Below are positions 15,019 to 27,779 of a DNA stretch of 64,000 nucleotides, piece by piece; the first letter of the stretch is position 1, and every line of letters begins with the position of its first letter. This DNA is from Prorocentrum cordatum (taxonomy: Eukaryota). Location of the stretch: contig CAUYUJ010000158.1 in NCBI GenBank assembly GCA_963575745.1, forward strand, positions 1 to 64,000. Direction: 5' to 3'. The notes beneath the pieces were generated by a model. That model had not been told where the DNA came from and made no database searches. It saw nothing but the letters and a program-made list of their open reading frames with translations. The position numbers and the translations under genes are program-made.

Positions 15019-16830
15019 GAGGAGGAGGAGGAGGAGGAGGAGGAGGAGGAGGAGGAGGAGGAGGAGGAGGAGGAGGAGACCTGGAATCGGCGATACATAG
15101 CCAATAGATCGACGGCATGCCCCCGATAGCAAACCCGCATGGTCCTGGGCGGGGTGGGGCTGTCAGACCCCTTTCAGCGATCAGTGAGATAGAGAGAGTC
15201 AGAGAGGAAAAAAAAGAGAGACAGAGAGAGAGAGAGAGAGAGGGAACAAAAAAAGAGAGAGAGAGAAGAGAGAGAGCGAGACGCTGCAGTGCGCGCCGGG
15301 GCGCAGCCCTTCTGAGAGCGAAGCAGGGGGACCGTGGCCCCTCAAGTGTCGATGGGAAATACGCTCCTGAACTCCGTGGGGAGAGGGGAGGGCTCCCCGG
15401 TGGGTCGAGTAGACGGACGGGGTCGAAATAACTACGGTCTTGAACTCCGTGGGGAGAGGGAGGGGAGGGCTCCCCAGTGGGTCGAGCAGACGGACGGGGT
15501 CGGTGCATCAGACCGTTTCTGCTCGGAATGTCGGTTCGGGGTTTTCCGTGCTCGGATTGGCGGTTTCCGCGTTTCAGTGCTCGGATTACCGATTTGGGCG
15601 CTTCCGCGCTAAGGTTGCCCATGTAAGCATCGCCGATGCATTGACGACATCGGCGTTGCATCTGCGACGCCGGCGTGAAGAGAGTCGGGCTCAATATCGA
15701 GCTGCATCCCAAATTCATCGGCGATGCGGCGCGATCCACCGACACCATCTACTCGGACCCCATTGGGGAGGCCTCGAGGGAGGGAGGGGAGGGAGGGCGG
15801 CAGCGAGGGACCACCACAGGCGGCCGCGAGCACAACCACGAACCCAAAGCACCACGCCCGCCACCAGCATGACAACCACTGCTGCCACCACGACCACCGC
15901 GACGACGACTCTGAACGCGACGACCCCCACGACCACCGACGCCACGACAACGACCAGCGCCAGCACGTTTACCACCGCGACCATCATCGACCAGCACCAC
16001 GACCACGACCACGACCACGGCCAGCAAGACGGGGCCATGACCACCACCACTGCCATTACCACCACCGACCCGACCGCCCCCGCCCCCAGCCGCTCCTCTC
16101 ATTTCCTCTCCCTGCCCCTGCCGGGCCGCCCTTGCTGCCGCACGCACCTAGCGACTCGCCTCCTCCCTTTCCTCCTCTGTATTTCTCCTTGCAGAATTCA
16201 ATGTAGTATTAGAGCTTCCACTTAGAGACGGAAAGCCTCAGGACCGGTTCTCCAAGAGGCTGTGTCCTGTAGGTGGCGTTCGTTGTGGCTCGGGACCCGG
16301 GACAATAACCCCAACGCCCGGGGGTCCCCCTTGGTGACGGGGGTGGGGACCCACTCGGGTGCCCCCAGGCCTTTGGGAGGGACGGAAAGAGGAAGGGAGG
16401 GAGAGAGAGAGAGAGGGAGGGGGAGGTGGGGGAGGGAGGAGGGAAGAGTCGCGAGCCAGGGAGAGCACAGTGAGGAGGGAGGAGGGAGGAGGGAGGAGGG
16501 GAGCGTGGGGAGGAGGAGGAGGAGGAGGAGGAGGAGGAGGAGGAGGAGGAGAAGGAGTAGGAGGGATGAGGAAGGAGGGGAGGATGGAGGGAGGAAAGGG
16601 GAGGGAGGGTAGGAAGGAGGGAGTGAGAGAGACGCGGAGCTGCGGGAGTAGCAGGGGGAGGAGCAGTGAGGAGGATCACGACCGCGGCAACACCGAGAAG
16701 AAACGAGACGGAGAGCGAGGAGAGCGGACCGGGGTGGAAGAGGGAAGGGAAGGATGGTGCGAGAGGCGCGCGAGGAGGCGGGAGGCGGGAGGGGGCGAGG
16801 GGGGCAAGGCCGAGCGGGCGGCCGACGCGC

Positions 16831-16887
16831 TCAGCTGCCACCCTCTGCACCACCGCCGCCCTGCTCCTCCATCGCCTTGCAGAGCAC
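16831..16887 (-). CDS. RPN13: Rpn13 terminal exon F (VLCKAMEEQGGGGAEGGS*)
   Basis: 57 nt including TGA at 16833-16831; GAG|G acceptor; E|VLCKAM parallels the final DEUBAD helix (EAFAKAM-like). Confidence 0.75.
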   Translation of the reverse strand: MLCKAMEEQGGGGAEGGS

Positions 16888-17284
16888 CTCGCGGCCGACG
16901 CGGGACTCGGGGGCAGAGGGGCCCTCTGGCCGGGGGCTCGCTCCCGGGCGGCCCACCCTGCTGTCCCCACCCTTTGTCTTCCCCCCCTTGCCCCCATCCC
17001 CCCTCCTGTCTCCCCTGCTTCACCCCTCGCCACCGTCTTCCTGCCTCCGACGTCGCACTTACTTTCGTGACGCGGACCCCGGTGATCTCCACCCCTTCCC
17101 CAGAGACGGCTTTCCATCCCGAGTCGCTTCATGTCGGCCACAGGGCCAGAAGACGGCCTCCGGGAGCCGAAAGCCCGAAGCCGCCCCCAGGGGACCCCCA
17201 AGAAGGCCTCCAGAAGTGGTAATCACTGATTCTCCATACGTTGTCGACTGAAATTTCGCGCCCCCCCTCCCAGCGGGGGGAGGC

Positions 17285-17380
17285 CTCCAGCGCGTCGCTG
17301 CCAGGCGCCGCCCCGGCGAGCGATCTGGGGTCCAGGCCCAGCGCGGCCAGGAGCATGGGGAGCTGGTCGGAGTGGATGGC
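17285..17380 (-). CDS. RPN13: Rpn13 exon E (AIHSDQLPMLLAALGLDPRSLAGAAPGSDALE)
   Basis: 96 nt, CAG|G acceptor, GAG|GC donor; A..S.QL..L...GL continues the DEUBAD ALxSGQL...FGL pattern. Confidence 0.82.
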
Positions 17381-17921
17381 CTGCGGCCAGGGCAGAGAGG
17401 AGAGGCAGGAGAGGGAGGAGGAGGCAGGAGGGAGAGGAGGCGGGAGGGGTGGGGAGGAGGATGGGGTCCTCCTCCAACTCCTCCTCCCTCCTCCTCCCTC
17501 ATCCTCCCTCCTCTTGCCTCCTCCCCCTGCCCCCCATCCTCCTCCTTCACTCCCCCTCTCCCTGCCCCCCTCCCTCCCAGCTCGTACCTGCGACGCACGT
17601 CGACCAGGCAGTGTGGGAGGAATCCAGGAGGTACCGAGCTCCAAGCAAGAGCTCCCCTGCCAAGCTCCCCCACCCACCCACACCGCCCCCCAGCTCTTAA
17701 GTGCCAGAGCTGTCGCAGCAAGGCCGCCTCCGAGCCCTCTCCGCCAGAGGGCTGCGGCCGAAGCTTCCACGTGCCAGCTCACCAGGAGCACGCCAGCCAA
17801 CCAGCCTCCCCCCCTCTCCTTCTTCTCCTCCCCCCTCCTCCTCCTCCTCCTCCTCCTCCACCTCCATCAGAGGAGAGAGAGAGAGAGAGAGAAGAAACAA
17901 CAATAATCCGCCGACCCCTTG

Positions 17922-18770
17922 GGTCATCGGCGTGTGAGATGCTTCCCCCTCCCCAAACCCCTCCCCCGTGGAGGGGGGGGGTGCCCACCACGAGCGACTC
18001 ACGACGCTCCTCCGGGCCCAAAAGGCCCAAATACGGGCCAAGAAGGCCCCAAGAGGCCTCCCAGACGTTCCAAGAGGCCCCCAGACGCCCCAAGAGACCG
18101 CCTAGACGCCCTAAGAAGCGCCCAAGAGGCCCCAAGAGGCTTCCAAGACGCCCCACGAGGGCTCCAAGACGCCCGAAGAGACCTCCAAGACGCCCCAAGA
18201 GACCTCCAAGAGGCCCCCGAGGAGCGCCCCAAGAGGCCAAAATCGTTGATTTTCATTTGTTTTTTTCAACGTTTTCGTCATTTTCGCCTTTTCGGCCTTC
18301 CGACGCTCCAAGACAGCCCAAGAAGCTCCCAAGACTGCTCCAAGACGGCACAAGAGGCCTCCACGACGCCCCCAAGACGGCCCAAGAGAGCCCCCAGACG
18401 GCCCAAGAGCCGCCCAAGGCGGCCCAAGAGAGCCCCCAGACGGCCCAAGAGCCGCCCAAGACGGCCCAAGAACCTCCCGGAGACGGGCCCAAGAGGGGCT
18501 CCAGAGAGAGACCACGCACCGGAAAACCCAGCCTTACGCCCCAAGAGGCCCCCAGGAGGCCCCAAGAGGCCCCAAAGAGGCCCCAAGAACCCCCCAAGAG
18601 GCCCCCAAGACGTTCCAAGAGGCGCCCAAGAAGCCGCAAAGAGGCCCCAAAACGGCCCCCAAGAGCCTTCGAAACTGCTCCAAGAGGCCCGCAAGAAGCC
18701 CCCCCGCAAGATCCCAACGGACATCTCCGAACACACCAGTTTTTCGAGTCGCGCCCAGCCCCATAACCCG
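17922..18770. repeat. Dispersed repeat family with (CCCAAGAGGCC/CCAAGACGGC)-like ~11-bp degenerate subunits, copy 1
   Basis: Begins TCATCGGCGTGTGAGATGCTTCCCCCTCCCCAAACCCCTCCCC, identical to the start of the copy at about 19167. Confidence 0.85.
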
Positions 18771-19166
18771 GAGCCTCATCTCAGTGTCCCCCTCCTCCTC
18801 CTCTTCCTCCTCCTGCTACACTTCCTCCTCGTTCCCCTCCTCCTCTTCCTGCCCCGCTTCAGCTCATCCTCACCGATGCTTCTCCCCCCCATTTTCCGCC
18901 TCATCCCCCATCCTCCTCTTCCCGTCCTCCCTTTTCTGCCCAGTACGCGCAACCGATTGGGCATCCTTTGCACGTCTTGCACTTTAGGGTGCCCTTCTTT
19001 GCGTCGCGCGGGACATTGTGCGTGTCGGGGAACGCCGACTTTGGTAGTCCTCTCTTGCACGCGCCGCTGCACTGATAAGCCTGGCAACTGCGCGCTGTGA
19101 ACCCGAGTTCCTCGCAGCTTCTGCACACCACTTTAGCTCCTTTCGCCGCTCGATGATGTTCCGAGA

Positions 19167-19950
19167 TCATCGGCGTGTGAGATGCTTCCCCCTCCCCAAA
19201 CCCCTCCCCCGGGAACCTGGTCCGGTCGATTTGGAGGGGGGGGGGTGCCCACCACGAGCGCGTCACGGGGCTTTTCCGGGCCCAAGAGGGCCCAAAGACG
19301 GGCCGAGAAGGCCCCAAGAAGCCTCCCAGACACCCCACGAGGGCCCCGAGACGCCGAAAAATCGCTCGAAGACGCTCAAAATGGCTTCCAGACGCCCCAA
19401 GATGCCTCCAAGACGCCCCAAGAGGCTTCCAAGAGGCCTCCCAAGAGGCCCCAAAAGGCGAGAATCGTTGATTCTCATTGGTTTTTTCAATGTTTTTGGC
19501 TTTCTCACCTTTTCGGGCTTCCGACGCTCGAAGACGGCCCAAGAGGCCCCCAAGACCGCCCCAAGACGGCCCAAGAGGCCTCCAAGACGGCCCAAGCAGG
19601 CCCAAGACGGCCCAAGAGGACCCCAAGACGGCCCAAAAGAGCCTCAAGACAGCCCAAGAAGGCCCCAAGAGAGCCCCAAGGCCAGCCCAAGAGGGGCCCA
19701 AGAGGGAGATCACGAAGCGAAAAAAACAGCTTTCCGCCCCAAAAGGCCCCCAGGAGGCCCCAAGAGACCCCCAAGAGGCCCCAAGATGCCCCCAAGAGGC
19801 CCAAAAAAGGCCACAATAAGCCCCAAAACAGCTCCCCAGGTGCCTCCAAACTGCCTCCAGCAGGCCCCCGAGAGGCTTCTCACGAGATCCCAACGAATAT
19901 CTGAGAGGCCTCTGAACCACAACTCAGGCACGGTGGCGGGATGGGCCGAC
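19167..19950. repeat. Same dispersed family, copy 2; related fragments at about 48390-48920, 57880-58570 and 61585-61765
   Basis: Shared head sequence and CCAAGA subunits; end motif CAGGCACGGTGGCGG(G)ATGGG at about 19925 and 61743. Confidence 0.85.
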
Positions 19951-20499
19951 TACTGGGAGGAGGAGCAAAGACGACGACGATAGGAATGCGGGGGATAAAG
20001 TCGGGCCATGACGCCCCCAAGACGTCCAAGATTGCCTCCAAAAAAAAACAAGGGGTCGGCGGTGTGGCGTAAGCCTAAAGAATAACAACAGCAGCAGCAA
20101 CAACAACAATCATGTTAAGACTGTTCGCCTTTCTCTGCTCGAATGTCCAATAACTCGTATTTCCCAAACCCTCGATACCCGCCCTCTTCGTCTTCGATCG
20201 AACCCCTTTTGGGGGGTATACCTTTCTTCCCTACAGGCCGGGCCCCGGCAAGCGGCGGGGCGGCCACGGACCGTCGGCCTGGCCAGCGGCAGCGCTAATC
20301 GGCGGGGCGGCCGCGAACCGTCGACCCGACCCCAAGAGGGACGGACAGGGGACCGACCACGACGACGACGACGGCGTCGACGACGACGTCGACGACGACG
20401 GCGACGACGACGGACGACGACGACGACGACGACGACGACGACAACGACGACGACGACGGCGACAACGAGGACGAGCGAAAGCGAGAGCGAGAGAGAACG

Positions 20500-21275
20500 A
20501 CAGCAGGGCCACGAAGGACACGAAGTAGGCCACGAAGGGCGACAGCGGGGACACGAAGTGAATGCGTATAGGGCCGTAGAGAGCGCGAACGAGCGGGGGC
20601 CACGAAGGACAGACAATGCGGGGCCACAGAAGGCAACGATGGGGCCACTGAGGGTAGCAACTGGGCCACGTAGGACAGTGAGGGGACCACAAACGGCGAC
20701 AGCGGGGCCACGAAAGGCATGCACATGGGACCACAACGGGCGCGAACGAGCGGGAACCACGAAGGGCATACGTATGTTGGGCCGCGGACGGCAAGGACGG
20801 GGCCACTGAGGGCAGCAACGGGGCCGCGAAGGGCAGCAAGGGGGCCGCGAAGGGCGACAGCGGGGCCACGAAGGGCATGCATATGGGGCCACCACGGGCG
20901 CGAACGAGCGGGGGCCACGAAGGGCATACATATATGGGGCCACGAAGGGCAGCGAGGGGGCCACGAAGGGGTGCAACGGGGCCACGAAGGGCAGCGACGG
21001 GGCCACGAAGGGCTGCAACGGAACCACGAAGGGCTGCAACGGGGTCACGAAGGGCAGCGAGGGGGCCACGAAGACGAAGGGCTGCAACGGGGCCACGAAA
21101 CAAAGCGAGGGGGCCACGAAGGGCTACAACGGGGCCACGAAGGGCAGCGAGGAGGCCACGAGGGGCTGCAACGGGGCCACGAAACAAAGCGAGGGGGCCA
21201 CGAAGGGCTGCAACGGGGCCACGAAACAAAGCGAGGGGGCCACGAAAGGCTGCAACGGGGCCACGAAGGGCAGCG
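20500..21275. repeat. ~21-bp minisatellite GGGGCCACGAAGGG(CAGC/CTGC)AAC
   Basis: Directly visible; gives rise to spurious FVAP/LRGP ORFs. Confidence 0.9.
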
Positions 21276-21946
21276 AGATCCCGATTCCTAGGTAATCTGT
21301 GAGGGAGTCCTAAGCGTGAGCGCGACTCCTGGGTGCCTGGGAGTCGGGAGCGCGGCGCTCGAGTAAATTGCAAGAAATTCCAACGCAAGGGCGCTATTCG
21401 TCAGTAAATTGCGAGCAAGTCTCCAGCGAGAGCGCGACTCCAGAGCGCCGAGAGAGCGATTCCTGAATAAATTGTAAGGAAGTCCCAAGCGAGAGCGCGA
21501 TTCCATAATAAAATGCGAAGGAGTCTCGGGCGGGAGCCGGGGTCCTGGCTGTTGTTGTTGTAACCCGGGGGCCAGGGGCGCAGTTTGAGCATCAAGACTT
21601 CTCCTGCCAAAAAACAGGGTGCGAGCGTCGAGGGGCACATTTTGATTGAGAAAAATAATTAACCCGGTGAGGGGAGATCAACAATAATTATCCTTCAGAA
21701 TGAGAACTCAACAACAACAACAACAACAAGGCAAAACAACCTGCTGGTGTACCCGGAGCCGGTCCACCAGTTCGCTGTTTTGCTCCATGTAGCGAAACAA
21801 CCCACTGGTGTACCAGGACCCCCCCCCCCCCCCCCCCCCGCAACGCAACGCAACGCAACGCAACACGGCTGTATGAGCAGCCTCTGTTGCGTTGTGTTCC
21901 GTTGCGCGGGCAGGTGGGGGGTGTGTGACCCTACGGGAGCTCCCAC

Positions 21947-23913
21947 TGTATGGGATCCCCTACGGATCCTATACGGACTGTATAGGATCCCATACGGATC
22001 CTATACGGACTGTATGGGATCCCATACGGATCCTATACAGACTGTATGGGATCCCATACGGATCCTATACAGACTGTATGGGATCCCCTACGGATCCTAT
22101 ACGGACTGTATGGGATCCCATACGGATCCTATACGGACTGTATGGGATCCCATACGGATCCTATACGACTGTATGGGATCCCATACGGATCCTAGACGGA
22201 TGGGATCCCATACGGATCCTATACGGCCTGTATGGGATCCCATACGGATCCTATACGGCCTGTATGGGATCCCATACGGGTCCTATACGGACTGTATGGG
22301 ATCCCATACGGATCCTATACGGACCTGTATGGGATCCCATACGGATCCTATACGGACTGTATGGGATCCCATACGGATCCTATACGGCCTGTATGGGATC
22401 CCATACGGATCCTATACGGACTGTATGGGGGATCCATCGGTGTGATCCTATACGGACTGTTATCGGGACGCGCATGTACTGATTCCTATACGGACTGCCC
22501 CCATGGGGATCCATTACGGATCCTATACGGACTGTATGGGATTCGCATACGGATCCTAAATTATACGGACTGTATGGGATGCAGACGGATCCTATTACGG
22601 CCCTGCATTGGGATCCCCTTACCGATCCGAAACGGGAATGGTAGGGTTCCCAATTACGGAGGATGCTATGACGGACTGTACGGGGTCTCATACGGATTCC
22701 TATCAGGACTGTTGGGATCCCTACGGATTCTTTTAAGGATTGTATGGGATCCCATACGGATCTATCCAGACGGTATAGGATCCATTCGGATCCTATACAG
22801 ACTGTATGGGATCCCCTACGGATCCTATACAGACTGTATGGGATCCCCTACGGATCCTATACAGACTGTATGGGGTCCCATACGGATCCTATACGGACTG
22901 TATGGGGTCCCATACGGATCCTATACAGACTGTATGGGATCCCCTACGGATCCTCTACGGACTGTATGGGATCCCCTACGGATCCTATACGGACTGTATG
23001 GGATCCCTTACGGATCCTAGACGGACTGTATGGGATCCCCTACGGATCCATAAGGACTCTGTATGGGACCGCAATTACGGATTTTCCTATTTACGACTGT
23101 TATGGGATCCATACGGGATTCTTATACAACTGTTTAGGATCCCATTACGGTTCCTATACGGACTGTATGGGTCCCATCGGATCTATACGGACCTGTATGC
23201 TCGCATTACGGAGCCTATACGGCCTTGTATGGGATTAATTACGGATCCTTCTTACGGAAAGGTATGGGATCCATACGGATTCCTATACGGTTATATGGGA
23301 TCCCTACGGATTCCTTTAATAGACTATGTATGGGATCCCCTACGGTTCCTAATTACGGACATGTATGGGGTCCCCTATATTTCGGATCCGATAGGTAATG
23401 TATAGGGATCCCTTTCTTACGGATACCTAGACGGACTTGTATGGGATCCCCTAAGGATCTTTCCAGATGTATAGGATACCTTACTGCGTCTATACGGTCT
23501 GTATGGTATCCATACGGATCCTATACGGACTGTATGGGATCCCATACGGATCCTATACGGACTGTATGGGATCCCATACGGATCCTAGACGGACTGTATG
23601 GGATCCCCTACGGATCCTATCCAGACTGTATAGGATCCCATACGGCGTCTATACGGACTGTACGGGATCCCATACGGATCCTATACGGACTGTATGGGGT
23701 CCCCTACGGATCCTATACGAACTGTATGGGATCCCATACGGGTCCTATACGGACTGTATGGGATCCCTTACGGATCCTAGACGGACTGTATGGGATCCCC
23801 TACGGATCCTATACGGACTGTATGGGATCCCCTACGGATCCTATACGGACTGTATGGGATCCCATACAGATCCTATACGGACTGTATGGGATCCCTTACG
23901 GATCCTAGACGGA
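21947..23913. repeat. Left subterminal tandem array, 32-bp unit TATGGGATCCCATACGGATCCTATACGGACTG (~60 copies)
   Basis: Directly visible; central part (about 22430-23500) is indel-rich. Confidence 0.95.
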
Positions 23914-24391
23914 TTGTTCTCGCTTGGGTTCCCGATGGGGCGCTCTGGAGGGTCTGGGGGGAGGCGCCGTGAGAGGCGGGGCCCGAGGCCTCTAGAGGCT
24001 CGTCCTCCTCCTCCTCCTCCTCCTCCTCTACATCCTCCTCGTCCTCCTCCCCTTCCCCCTTCCCCCCATCCCCCTCCTCCTCCTCCTCCCCCACCTCCTC
24101 CTCTCCTCCTCTCTCCCCTTCCTCCTCCTCCTTACTCCTCCTCCTCGCCCTCTCCTCCTCCCTTCCTCCTTCCTTCCCCTCTCCTTCTCCTACCTCCAAC
24201 CTCCGTCCTCCATCCTTCCTCCTCTCCTCTCCTCCCTCCTCTCCGCTCCTTCTCCCCCTCCTCCTCCTCCCCTTCTCCTCCTCCTCATCCTCCTCCTCCT
24301 CCTCTCCTCTCTTCCTCCCTCCTCCTCCTCCTCCTCCTCCCCCCTCCCCTTCCCCCCCTCCTCTCTCCTCCTCCTCCTCCTCCTCCTCCTC

Positions 24392-27300
24392 CAGGGTTGA
24401 TGTAGACATGCCACCTTAGGGAGGCGTGAGAGGATGAGAAGCGGGTTGGGCCTTTTATATCCGTCGTGCCCAGGACGTAGGAAGAACAAGCGGAAAGAGG
24501 TGACAAGAAGGAGGGAGGTTACATCGAAAGCACTGTTTGTAGAATGCCAGAAACGCGTGACCCAACAATAAGTGCGTGAGGAGAACATGACCCAGTACTG
24601 TCGAGGAATGCGCCAGGGCTGATGTACACATGCCAGCTTAGGGAGGCGTGAGAGGATGAGAAGCGGGTTGGGCCTTTTATATCCGTCGTGCCCAGGACGT
24701 AGGAAGAACAAGCAGAAAGAGGTGACAAGAAGGAGTGCGGTTACATCGCAAGCACTGTTTGTAGAATGCCACAAACACGTGACCCGATAATAAGTGCGCG
24801 AGGGGAACATGACCCAGGACTGTCGAGGAATGCTCCAGCGCTGATGTAGACACGCCAACAAAGAGGAACATATGAACGGGTTGGGCCTTTTATATCCGTC
24901 GTGCCCAGGACGTTGGCAGACAAAACGGAAACAAATGTAATGGATGAGGGAGGTTACATGGGAAACGCTCTCCGTGGAACGCCACATGACTGTCGAGGAA
25001 TGCGCCAGGGCCGATGTGAACACGCCAGCAAAGCGGAAAATATGAACGGGTTGGGCCTTTTATATCCGTCGTGCCCAGGACGTGGGAAGAACAAGCGGAA
25101 ATAGGTGACAAGAAGGAGGGAGGTTACATCGCACGCTGTTTGTAGAATGCCGCAAATACGTGAGCCAACAATAAGCGCGTGAGGAGAACATGACCCAGGA
25201 CTGTCGAGGAATGCGCCAGGGTTGATGTAGACATGCCAGCTTAGGGAGGCGTGAGGGGATGAGAAGCGGGTTGGGCCTTTTATATCCGTCGTGCCCAGGA
25301 CGTAGGAAGAACAAGCGGAAAGAAGTGACAAGGAGGAGGTAGGTTACATCGCAAGCACTGTTTGTAGAATGCCACAAATACATGACCCGATAATAAGTGC
25401 GCGAGGGGAACATGACCCAGGACTGTCGAGGAATGCTCCAGCGCTGATGTAGACACGCCAACAAAGAGGAACATATGAACGGGTTGGGCCTTTTATATCC
25501 GTCGTGCCCAGGACGTTGGCAGACAAAACGGAAACAAATGTAATGGATGAGGGAGGTTACATGGGAAAACGCTCTCCGTGGAACGCCACATGACTGTCGA
25601 GGAATGCGCCAGGGCCGATGTGAACATGCCAGCAAAGCGGAAAATATGAACGGGTTGGGCCTTTTATATCCGTCGTGCCCAGGACGTGGGAAGAACAAGC
25701 GGAAATAGGTGACAAGAAGGAGGGAGGTTACATCGCACGCTGTTTGTAGAATGCCGCAAATACGTGAGCCAACAATAAGCGCGTGAGGAGAACATGACCC
25801 AGGACTGTCGAGGAATGCGCCAGGGTTGATGTAGACATGCCAGCTTAGGGAGGCGTGAGGGATGAGAAGCGGGTTGGGCCTTTTATATCCGTCGTGCCCA
25901 GGACGTAGGAAGAACAAGCGGAAAGAAGTGACAAGGAGGAGGTAGGTTACATCGCAAGCACTGTTTGTAGAATGCCACAAATACATGACCCGATAATAAG
26001 TGCGCGAGGGGAACATGACCCAGGACTGTCGAGGAATGCTCCAGCGCTGATGTAGACACGCCAACAAAGAGGAACATATGAACGGGTTGGGCCTTTTATA
26101 TCCGTCGTGCCCAGGACGTTGGCAGACAAAACGGAAACAAAATGTAATGGATGAGGGAGGTTACATGGGAAACGCTCTCCGTGGAACGCCACGGGACTGT
26201 CGAGGAATGCGCCAGGGCCGATGTGAACATGCCAGCAAAGCGGAAAATATGAACGGGTTGGGCCTTTTATATCCGTCGTGCCCAGGACGTGGGAAGAACA
26301 AGCGGAAATAGGTGACAAGAAGGAGGGAGGTTACATCGAAAGCTGTTTGTAGAATGCCGCAAATACGTGAGCCAACAATAAGCGCGTGAGGAGAACATGA
26401 CCCAGGACTGTCGAGGAATGCGCCAGGGTTGATGTAGACATGCCAGCTTAGGGAGGCGTGAGAGGATGAGAAGCGGGTTGGGCCTTTTATATCCGTCGTG
26501 CCCAGGACGTAGGAAGAACAAGCGGAAAGAAGTGACAAGAAGGAGGTTGGTTACATCGCAAGCACTGTTTGTAGAATGCCACAAATACATGACCCAACCA
26601 TAAGTGCGTGAGGAGAACATGACCCAGGACTGTCGAGGAATGCTCCAGCGCTGATGTAGACACGCCAACAAAGAGGAACATATGAACGGGTTGGGCCTTT
26701 TATATCCGTCGTGCCCAGGACGCTGGCAGACAAAACGGAAACAAATGTAATGGATGAGGGAGGTTACATGGGAAACGCTCTCCGTGGAACGCCACGGGAC
26801 TGTCGAGGAATGCGCCAGGGCCGATGTGAACATGCCAGCAAAGCGGAAAATATGAACGGGTTGGGCCTTTTATATCCGTCGTGCCCAGGACGTGGGAAGA
26901 ACAAGCGGAAAGAGGTGACAAGAAGGAGGGAGGTTACATCGCACACTGTTTGTAGAATGCCACAAATACGTGACCCAGCAATAAGCGCGCGAGGAGAACA
27001 TGACCAAGGACTTTCGAGGAATGCGCCAGGGTTGATGTAGACATGCCAGCTTAGGGAGGCGTGAGAGGATGAGAAGCGGGTTGGGCCTTTTATATCCGTC
27101 GTGCCCAGGACGTAAGAAGAACAAGCGGAAAGAAGTGACAAGAAGGAGGTTGGTTACATCGCAAGCACTGTTTGTAGAATACCACAAATACATGACCCAA
27201 CCATAAGTACGTGAGGAGAACATGACCCAGGACTGTCGAGGAATGCTCCAGCGCTGATGTAGACATGCCACCCTAGGGAGGGGTGAGAGGATGAGAAGCG

Positions 27301-27410
27301 GGTTGGGCCTTTTATATCCGTCGTGCCCGGGACGTAGGAAGAACAAGCGGAAAGAGGTGACAAGGAGGAGGGAGGTTACATCGCAATCACTGTTATTGGA
27401 ATGCGCCAAG
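24392..27410. repeat. Higher-order tandem array: 15 units of 170-222 bp, organised as a ~603-bp trimer, each with a near-invariant 37-nt core CGGGTTGGGCCTTTTATATCCGTCGTGCCCAGGACGT
   Basis: Core starts at 24442, 24664, 24877, 25047, 25267, 25480, 25651, 25870, 26083, 26254, 26474, 26687, 26857, 27077 and 27299; spacings 222,213,170,220,213,171,219,213,171,220,213,170,220,222. Confidence 0.95.
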
Positions 27411-27779
27411 ACTGGCATCCTAAATTACGCGTCTGCACGTAGGACAAAACGCAACCAAAACGCAATGACTCGAGGGCTATAAAACAGAGCACGGTAAGAG
27501 GTTACCACCTTGAAACACTGGCAATGTGTTTGCGACGATACTTCTGAGCTTTTTTCAACCGAACTCCTGACGCGGGCAATCACGGCAAATACACGCGATA
27601 CGCCGACCACGCTCCGTGGGGCACCCTCTGCCGGGACGAGTGGATTGCCATTGCTTCCAGCAGCTCCGCTACTTCCAGCCCCGTCAGCCAAAAGACGTCT
27701 GGGAACAATGAATCGCACAGCGTCGCTTGTGCATCGGGGCCCCCCATGGATCCGCCCTCGCCCATCGGGGCCCCCCAGT

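Noticed and set aside
537..16600. Many poly-S/P/L/H/E/R ORFs
   Set aside because: They are trinucleotide microsatellites lacking stops
22430..23500. Divergent core of the left 32-bp array as a distinct sub-family
   Set aside because: Scattered single-base indels look like low-quality consensus or read error
21747..24405. YGIPYGSYTDCMGS repeat proteins
   Set aside because: Translation of a 32-bp unit cycling through frames; not coding
24392..27410. CRISPR array (37-nt constant repeat)
   Set aside because: Inter-repeat segments are 130-185 nt, homologous to each other and recur with period 3; no cas genes; eukaryotic context
24190..27418. Repeat-protein ORFs (RPGHDGYKRPNP...)
   Set aside because: Unit lengths of 170 and 220 break the frame and stops are frequent; conservation appears to be at the nucleotide level
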